From the IMG/VR virus record IMGVR_UViG_3300040801_002079, positions 248,001 to 312,000 of that record: a stretch of 64,000 bases of DNA; one strand, written 5' to 3'. Shown here piece after piece: positions 57,246 to 64,000 of the stretch. Both the position numbers and the translations under genes were made by a program. The notes beneath the pieces were generated by a model. The model had not been told where the DNA came from. It did no database searches and saw only the letters and a list, made by a program, of their open reading frames with translations. The first letter of the stretch is position 1. Each line of letters begins with the position of its first letter.

Positions 57246-58112
57246 ATGACAATAAACCCGTTTGATGCTGAGTATCACCGACTCGGCAATAAAATCTTAT
57301 CAGATGGATTCTGGAAAGAAAATAAAAGAACCGGCACTAAATGTTTAACACTTCACGGCGAATCATGCACCTATGACCTTTCTACTGGATTTTTTCCAGC
57401 GCTAACCACAAAAAAATTATTCTTTAATGCCATGATTGGTGAATTATTGGGATTCATTCGTGCAGTTGATAATGCGGCTGACTTTAGGGCACTTGGGTGT
57501 CCCTTTTGGGATGCTAATGCTAATGAAACAGAGGCATGGCTCAATAACCCCAATAGAAAGGGAGAAGATGATCTAGGTCGAATCTACGGCGTTCAAGGCA
57601 GACATTGGATAAACCGACATGGCGAAGAGATAGATCAACTAAAACAGATCATCGATAAGCTCTCAATTGGTATAGATGATAGAAGATTAATTATGAATTA
57701 TTGGAATCCGGGAGAAATAAATGAACAGGCATTGCCCCCGTGCCACGATTTTTACCAATTCCATTTAAGGGGTACAACATTAGACCTATCTATGTATCAA
57801 AGATCAAACGATGTACCACTTGGTACACCAATGAATATAGCTAGCTCATCTTTGCTATTAATGTTGGTCGCCAGAATAACGGGCCATTTTCCCGGAAAGT
57901 TCACTCATATGATGGGGGATGTTCATATCTATGATAATCAAGTGGATTTATTTAAAGAGCAGATGTCTCGCGCACCATATTTTCCACCTAAGATGTGGAT
58001 AAGCCAAGATATAAAGTCATTGGAAGACTTGGAAACATGGGTGACATTTAATGATTTTACAATTGAGGAATACGAGCATCACCCAGTTATAAAGTTCCCG
58101 TTTGCTGCTTAA
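57246..58112 (+). CDS. thyA: Thymidylate synthase
   Basis: RTGT, LTTKK, DLGRIYGVQ, RRL, ALPPCH, YQRSND..LG.P.NIAS (dUMP-specifying Asn), GDVHIY.N. Confidence 0.96.
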   Translation: MTINPFDAEYHRLGNKILSDGFWKENKRTGTKCLTLHGESCTYDLSTGFFPALTTKKLFFNAMIGELLGFIRAVDNAADFRALGCPFWDANANETEAWLNNPNRKGEDDLGRIYGVQGRHWINRHGEEIDQLKQIIDKLSIGIDDRRLIMNYWNPGEINEQALPPCHDFYQFHLRGTTLDLSMYQRSNDVPLGTPMNIASSSLLLMLVARITGHFPGKFTHMMGDVHIYDNQVDLFKEQMSRAPYFPPKMWISQDIKSLEDLETWVTFNDFTIEEYEHHPVIKFPFAA

Positions 58113-58912
58113 GCCGTTATAGGTGGTGGCTCAAAATTAAAAGCAAATGCATGTAATGATTTTGCTGTATCGAAATGGACCGTAGCCTCATTTTCAGTTA
58201 TGTAATCAATTCCTGTTGGGGTTATTAATGTAGGCGGGCTAGTGGATGGATCGATACAATATATTACACAAAACTGAGTGCCAAGATTGTGTGGAATTGA
58301 ATGTGACACACTCTTAGTGTAATTTGTGTAAGTGTAATGTGTTTTCTTTGAAACAAGGTTATCGTTATTATCAAAGAAAACCATATTACCTCTTGTGGTG
58401 TCGGTAATATCAAATCCATTAAGGTTGTCAAATGTTAAATTAAATGTGCTACCCTCAAGAATTTGCTCAATATCAAACAATAATAGATCACCAGATAGAT
58501 ATCCAATAACGGACATATCATTAGCATTGGAGAAATTTGACATATCTATATCGGATAATTTGATGCTGGAAACATTAGCCACAATGTTTGCTAACTGATC
58601 AACAACATCAAATAAGCTATCATTTCCAGTTAGCCCACTTATTCCGGGAAGGTCATTAAATGGTACAGGATTAAAGGTTAAATCTTCGTTTAGCCAATTG
58701 GACCCCAGAGATGCTTTTAGGTTGGGGTCTTCTGAAACAGTGGTATTAAGGGCGACAAGCTTTTCACCGTCATTAAATCTTAAAACCTTATCGCTTATAC
58801 TAAATGTAAACTCGCCCGCATTCTCCGCATTAAATGAGGGGGCAGATGGGATTGAATCAATCACCAAGTTTACAATTTTACCGCCTTCTAATTTTACACC
58901 ACCAATTCTCAT
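58109..58912 (-). CDS. Probable tail fibre-associated structural protein
   Basis: TATAAATA at 58937-58944; C-terminal HSIPHNLG motif common in fibre proteins. Confidence 0.5.
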   Translation of the reverse strand: MRIGGVKLEGGKIVNLVIDSIPSAPSFNAENAGEFTFSISDKVLRFNDGEKLVALNTTVSEDPNLKASLGSNWLNEDLTFNPVPFNDLPGISGLTGNDSLFDVVDQLANIVANVSSIKLSDIDMSNFSNANDMSVIGYLSGDLLLFDIEQILEGSTFNLTFDNLNGFDITDTTRGNMVFFDNNDNLVSKKTHYTYTNYTKSVSHSIPHNLGTQFCVIYCIDPSTSPPTLITPTGIDYITENEATVHFDTAKSLHAFAFNFEPPPITA

Positions 58913-58945
58913 TTAAAAATTCCTCTTTAATATGTATATTTATAC

Positions 58946-61900
58946 TTATCGCGGAGCTAAACCGGTAATTGTTATGGTATCAATACCGTAATCGTTATTC
59001 CATATTGTTCCCGTGGTTCCCAACGTAACCTTTATTCTTACGCGAGTATTAACATGGTTAGCAGAACTCAAATCAACATTTCTGTAAGACCATATTTGTG
59101 CTCCGCCTGTGACAACCTTATCCGGATCGGACGGACCACCAAATTCTGGGCCAACATCAACCCATCCAGCGCCACCCTCATTTAGTTGAACCTGACAGGT
59201 TGCATTGTTATCATTACCGCGTTGGTTGGTATAGAACTCAATATAAAAATCACTGTATTGTGTGCTGTCCAGTGTTGTATTAAATTCCATAAAGAATTCA
59301 TCACCGCCCACTGTGGGGCTTGATGATTCTGTGTATACATATCCTTCTGGGCTTCCACCCTGACCCGATGTTGGCCCCACACCACTTGAAGCCGTATCGT
59401 TACTATCCCATTTCCACCGCCTATTTGCTCCTCCCGGAGTTGCTGTTGTTCCAAGTGGGTCTGTCCATGTAAATTCGGTAACATCACCCGTAGTCGATGA
59501 TGGGAATGAATATGGTCCATATACATCCTCAACTGGTGGACCAACAAGGGAATCATAATTTGTAATAGTTAATTCATCGTGATCACTGTTAACTATATGG
59601 AAAATTGGCGTAACTTTGGAATCGTAATCCGTTATTGTAATGGTATCATGATCTGATAAAATATCCACCGGATCAGCAGGAGTTCTATACAACATTATGG
59701 TATTACACTCATCAGCCAAGGCTGGTCCACTCCAATCATAATCCATACCAAATGTTGAATCATCATGGTTCCATCCACCCAATTGCGCCAAATGAATAAT
59801 TTTATAATATTGAGGAATATTAACTTGGCTAGTTGAATATTGATAATTTCTATCATATGTTTCATTTAGGGCTTTATCATGATACACCACTTCTGTAATA
59901 TAACCATTCAATAGTCCTCCATTAGGATCGGTTCCGATATATTTTAACCTAAAGTCGGCCTCTGGCTCCCCTGATGACGGATTAAGTGCAAATCGGAAAG
60001 ACGTATACCCGCTAGTTACATATTTGTTCCTATCAGCATCCACGCCATCTATGAATAGCGATATTATTCCATCTCCTTCATGCATGACCGTAATATTGAA
60101 CCACCTATAATATCCCATCGTTATATCAATGCCCGGAGATGTAAAATTGGTGTAAGTAATATCATTAGTTTCAAACTTGGTTCTTATTCCAAATGTTACA
60201 TCCTGTCCTATGCCATCACCTTCTGCATACACCTCAAATTCATCTCCACCATCTCCAAATTCGGAACTAAAGATTGGATGCTTCATACTTAGATCAAAAG
60301 TATTGGGACGTAGGTAGACCATTGCACTAAGTGTGAACTCTTCTGTTATTGTTCTGGTTATGGGATTAGTTAGAGTTATACTTCCGTTGGACCCAAAGCA
60401 CCCGAGCGATCCAACTTTGTGGAATCCAAAGTCGAGACTATGCTTAGGCTTGCTTGTACCAGCAGCGATTAAATCATTTGACCCGATTTGATCTGAAATT
60501 ACATCATCGCTATCCATTCTCCAGTAATGCGTGGGATTATCATACTTAACTAAGTATGGGTAATCATATTCTCTGGAAGATACAGTTGTATCCCATCCGG
60601 TAAACCCAGTCGGCGGGGTATATTTGAACTCAGCAGCGTTTGTTCTGAATATAGTTCTAGTCTGTCGTGGGCCAACTCCTGTCCCACTATACTCACCTGT
60701 AACGATGTAAATGTAATCTGACATGTCAAGCGCTGAAACGTCCGTTAATGTGAATAATGGATCAGTTCCAGTGGAAGGATCACCCTGTATCCAGTTTCCA
60801 TTTATTGAAATCCACATGCCTCTATTATCAATATCAACAGCTATTCCAAGTGTTCCAGTAAGCGGGGCATCAGATGTTGGGGTTGATATGCCATTAGTAT
60901 ACAACTCCCCTCTGGAATCATACATGTAATGAAATTCTGATTCTCCCAAATAGGTTAATGAGTTTTCAACAGCCAGCAGTCCATATGGAAGTGTATAGTC
61001 TACATAAGATACACCAACCCGGAATCCCGGAGTTTCCACATCACTCTTAGCTATATTAAAGAACAACTCAGCGTAATGTTTCCCACTATTATGTCCTATA
61101 TGGGATGAATATTCATAATCTGGGGTCGTACTAACTTGTGCAAGCATTGCTTGTCGCGCATATCCTCTAAAATCATTGGGTGTAAAGTAATGAGTGTACG
61201 GACTTTGGGTATACACTGGAGTAGCGTAAGCCTGATTAATGTCGGTTACCCAATTTGCATAGCGTGGAGATTTGAATGTGTATTCGGGCTGCGATCCGGG
61301 AAGACCACAATCAAATCGATATAACATATGGGCATCAAAGTTGTAGCCCTCATCAAAATCCATACTATATTTTGGAACATCATCTTCAATAAACCCAGAC
61401 CCAATTGTAAAGATGTATCTACCATCATCCGAAAGAACAAAGTTTGCACCAAACAGATCAGACATGTAACTTTGTATAGGCTCTATATATTTAATAAATT
61501 TATATTCTTGATCAGTATCATCCCAATCAAAAATATCTAGTTTACCGTGGGTTCCGCTTTGCGTGAAATTCTGAAACATCTGAGATGTTACTATCCTATT
61601 TCCATCCCTCGACATCGCCACAAACGTATCATCACTTTCGTCTACATCAAATTCCAGAACTGGATGACTTATCCTGATCCGCTGTACGAATTCCCAATTT
61701 CCCGGAGTTGTTTCTTTAAACACAATTGCACCAGATGCAAAGTATGAGAATGTATCATCCCTAATAGTTTGTCTTGATGCATAATTGAGTACTATAGTTG
61801 ATCCATCTGATGATGCGCCACAATACGAAGTATTATTCCATGGGGTTTTTCCTATATATGTACCATTTGAGGTTTTATATGCGCCAAAATCATCATATAT

Positions 61901-64000
61901 GGTGCTCTTTAATAGCTCCGGATGAGTTAAATCAAGAGAACCTTCATATTCCCATGTCGTGTTACCCACATTATATTTCCAAACTCTTGGAGCTTGCACC
62001 TCAACATTATCATGCATATTGAAAGTTCCGCTTGTCATTATTATGCGAGACCCATCGGGGACAACATAAAAATGTTGCTCAACCGATTCAGTTGCATAAG
62101 ATGACATAGCATCTTCTACAACAAGCGCCTCATCTAGATTCCAAACACTTCCATTTTGACGGAATATTTCATTATCTGCGACTACAACTGAGCCGTCATC
62201 GGAACATGTGATGCCCCTAGCTCTACGATTGCTTGGCTTAACACTAAGCTCCATCTCATCAATTTTTAAATATGTGCCATCAAGCTGATCTTCATATACA
62301 TGGATTTTATGTGGCAGGGGAGAGAAAGTGGTTCCCAAGCTTTCGTATGTGAAAATATATTGACCATTATTTGACATAACTATAGGGCTTGACCCTAATG
62401 TATCGCCATAAAAATAGGTGGTCCAATTATCAGACACATCCTTTTTCATTACCAACAATTTTTCATACGAGTTTTCGTTTACATATGCAGCATATACTGA
62501 TCCCTCAGATGATATAGCAAACTCATCCCCATCAACCATGAAAGTTTGCCCTATATTTTGATCGCCCTCTGTAGACCACGGGGTTTGTACATCTAGTTGG
62601 AACATAATTCCTGAATAATAATTTGATGCTGTATATCCACCAGCCCCGTATATTTTTGTACCACTACTATTCCACGCAGATGGATTTATCCGAGAATATA
62701 ATTCTATGGCATCAGAAGCTTGTGATATCGTATCTATCTCCCACGGGGTTGATAGCGTGTATTGCATTACAATTCCACCTTCAGCCTCTCTAATGGTAAA
62801 TAATTTTGTACCATCCGGCGAGAAGCTTAGAGAGCTAAAATCGTCTGAAGTGTTTATATACTCTCCAAGGGTCCCACTAACATATGATTTTGAATCATAC
62901 GATATAGTCGATAGCTCCCACGGAGTGCTGAGGGTGTATTGATAAATTGTGTCATTTCCAATTCCCGCATAGTATAATTTTGTACCATCCGGCTTAATAT
63001 AAAATCCACCTGAACCAGAGCTTTGGGCTGTAAAATCATAAGTTACTGAATTGTACGTTGCTGTTCTTAAATCCCATGGTGTTGTAAGATCGTATTCATA
63101 TATATCAGCAGCAGTATCAAGTAAGTACATTTTATCGCCTGACGCACTTAACGAAATGTTAATAGCCGATCCACCTTCGGTGAAGAAGAAGCAACCATCA
63201 GTTAAAAACATGGTGCTAACATCACCCGGAGTTGTCAAATCCCCCTGAAGCAATGTATTTCGGGCATTATTATAGTAAACGGATGAGTCATATCCATCGT
63301 ATGTTACATATATTTTACTTTCATCAGATGATACCCCTGCAAAATCTTTAACTGTTAAAGATGATACAGTAGAGCTTGTGCTATCTAATGATATACCATT
63401 TATATCCCATGCGGGAGATATATTGTATTTAAGTAAACTATTTCCCTCAAATGTGTACAGTGTATCTCCGCTAGAGTTAATATCAAGGCCAAGATATGGA
63501 GTATTTCCTGATAAATTTGTATAGTTTCCTGTAAATGTTAATGTTCTAATGTCTCCCGGAGTCCCTGCTTCATATTGAAAAACTGCGCCCGAATCTCCTG
63601 ATATGAAAAAGCGGCTTTGATCATCATTCCAGTAAAATCCATTCAAATCATCTTCAAATGCTGAATGATCAAATACCTCAGCGCCCAAATCAAATGAGTC
63701 AAAAGACCATGCAGAACTTATATCATATTGTAATCCCCGATTAGAACCACCAAAGTAGTAACAATTTGATCCATCGGGGCTAAAATGAATAACTAGTGGG
63801 TAAATTGGGTTATCAGCAGAATAATCATATAGATCGGAATCTAATGTAGCTCCAGTTAAATCCCAAGGAGTTGGCAATGTATAACTGCGGAAATAATATC
63901 CATTGGTAGATTCTGCTAGATATAATTTAGTACCATCAGGTTTAAAGTAAAAAGAAGTGCTAAGCGCCGAGCTTATCGCTGAAACGTCAAGTGATACACT
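58946..64000 (-). CDS. Large multi-domain adhesin / tail fibre, 5' end beyond the right edge
   Basis: Frame stays open from 63877 to 64000 (SVSLDVSAISS...FKPDGTKLY...); propeller repeats F.PDGTKLY/Y.LSTPWD, SPRY-like, LamG-like and MAM-like segments. Confidence 0.8.
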   Translation of the reverse strand, partial: SVSLDVSAISSALSTSFYFKPDGTKLYLAESTNGYYFRSYTLPTPWDLTGATLDSDLYDYSADNPIYPLVIHFSPDGSNCYYFGGSNRGLQYDISSAWSFDSFDLGAEVFDHSAFEDDLNGFYWNDDQSRFFISGDSGAVFQYEAGTPGDIRTLTFTGNYTNLSGNTPYLGLDINSSGDTLYTFEGNSLLKYNISPAWDINGISLDSTSSTVSSLTVKDFAGVSSDESKIYVTYDGYDSSVYYNNARNTLLQGDLTTPGDVSTMFLTDGCFFFTEGGSAINISLSASGDKMYLLDTAADIYEYDLTTPWDLRTATYNSVTYDFTAQSSGSGGFYIKPDGTKLYYAGIGNDTIYQYTLSTPWELSTISYDSKSYVSGTLGEYINTSDDFSSLSFSPDGTKLFTIREAEGGIVMQYTLSTPWEIDTISQASDAIELYSRINPSAWNSSGTKIYGAGGYTASNYYSGIMFQLDVQTPWSTEGDQNIGQTFMVDGDEFAISSEGSVYAAYVNENSYEKLLVMKKDVSDNWTTYFYGDTLGSSPIVMSNNGQYIFTYESLGTTFSPLPHKIHVYEDQLDGTYLKIDEMELSVKPSNRRARGITCSDDGSVVVADNEIFRQNGSVWNLDEALVVEDAMSSYATESVEQHFYVVPDGSRIIMTSGTFNMHDNVEVQAPRVWKYNVGNTTWEYEGSLDLTHPELLKSTIYDDFGAYKTSNGTYIGKTPWNNTSYCGASSDGSTIVLNYASRQTIRDDTFSYFASGAIVFKETTPGNWEFVQRIRISHPVLEFDVDESDDTFVAMSRDGNRIVTSQMFQNFTQSGTHGKLDIFDWDDTDQEYKFIKYIEPIQSYMSDLFGANFVLSDDGRYIFTIGSGFIEDDVPKYSMDFDEGYNFDAHMLYRFDCGLPGSQPEYTFKSPRYANWVTDINQAYATPVYTQSPYTHYFTPNDFRGYARQAMLAQVSTTPDYEYSSHIGHNSGKHYAELFFNIAKSDVETPGFRVGVSYVDYTLPYGLLAVENSLTYLGESEFHYMYDSRGELYTNGISTPTSDAPLTGTLGIAVDIDNRGMWISINGNWIQGDPSTGTDPLFTLTDVSALDMSDYIYIVTGEYSGTGVGPRQTRTIFRTNAAEFKYTPPTGFTGWDTTVSSREYDYPYLVKYDNPTHYWRMDSDDVISDQIGSNDLIAAGTSKPKHSLDFGFHKVGSLGCFGSNGSITLTNPITRTITEEFTLSAMVYLRPNTFDLSMKHPIFSSEFGDGGDEFEVYAEGDGIGQDVTFGIRTKFETNDITYTNFTSPGIDITMGYYRWFNITVMHEGDGIISLFIDGVDADRNKYVTSGYTSFRFALNPSSGEPEADFRLKYIGTDPNGGLLNGYITEVVYHDKALNETYDRNYQYSTSQVNIPQYYKIIHLAQLGGWNHDDSTFGMDYDWSGPALADECNTIMLYRTPADPVDILSDHDTITITDYDSKVTPIFHIVNSDHDELTITNYDSLVGPPVEDVYGPYSFPSSTTGDVTEFTWTDPLGTTATPGGANRRWKWDSNDTASSGVGPTSGQGGSPEGYVYTESSSPTVGGDEFFMEFNTTLDSTQYSDFYIEFYTNQRGNDNNATCQVQLNEGGAGWVDVGPEFGGPSDPDKVVTGGAQIWSYRNVDLSSANHVNTRVRIKVTLGTTGTIWNNDYGIDTITITGLAPR

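Noticed and set aside
56991-57278. Minus-strand 95-aa ORF
   Set aside because: No RBS, overlaps thyA start; region is better explained by the plus-strand frameshift gene.
57246-58112. dCMP hydroxymethylase feeding DNA carbamoylation
   Set aside because: Retains the dUMP-specifying Asn (PMNIAS) and full ThyA motifs; such an enzyme could still lie outside the window.
1-64000. Stop-codon reassignment
   Set aside because: Genes are full length in the standard code and end in TAA, TAG and TGA.

Overview
64-kb segment of an AT-rich, T4-superfamily (jumbo-type) myovirus genome using the standard genetic code. It holds virion genes (5' part of portal, tape measure, gp26/gp51-like, gp48/53/27/5/25/6-like baseplate, a 3404-aa wedge-like protein, gp15, sheath, tube, gp4, prohead-core/internal proteins, a large multi-domain adhesin), replication/recombination genes (gp46/47, DinG-like helicase, RuvC, family B DNA polymerase, clamp, RNase H/FEN, thyA, Nudix) and the late sigma factor gp55, with about 20 NATAAATA late promoters. 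Main observations: (1) an operon of GT60 polypeptide GlcNAc-transferase, carbamoyltransferase, two HtrL-like glycosyltransferases and a sulfotransferase-like protein in the same genome as a ~250-aa mucin-like Thr/Pro/Val tail on the giant baseplate protein, suggesting phage-encoded mucin-type O-glycosylation of the virion; (2) two candidate -1 programmed frameshifts missed by the ORF track (G GGA AAA plus stem-loop extending a 49-aa membrane protein; T TTT TTT joining gp26-like and gp51-like frames); (3) a 610-bp multi-hairpin non-coding element with 9-bp tandem repeats between ruvC and the DinG-like helicase (origin or ncRNA). Family assignments come from motif recognition by eye, not from database searches.
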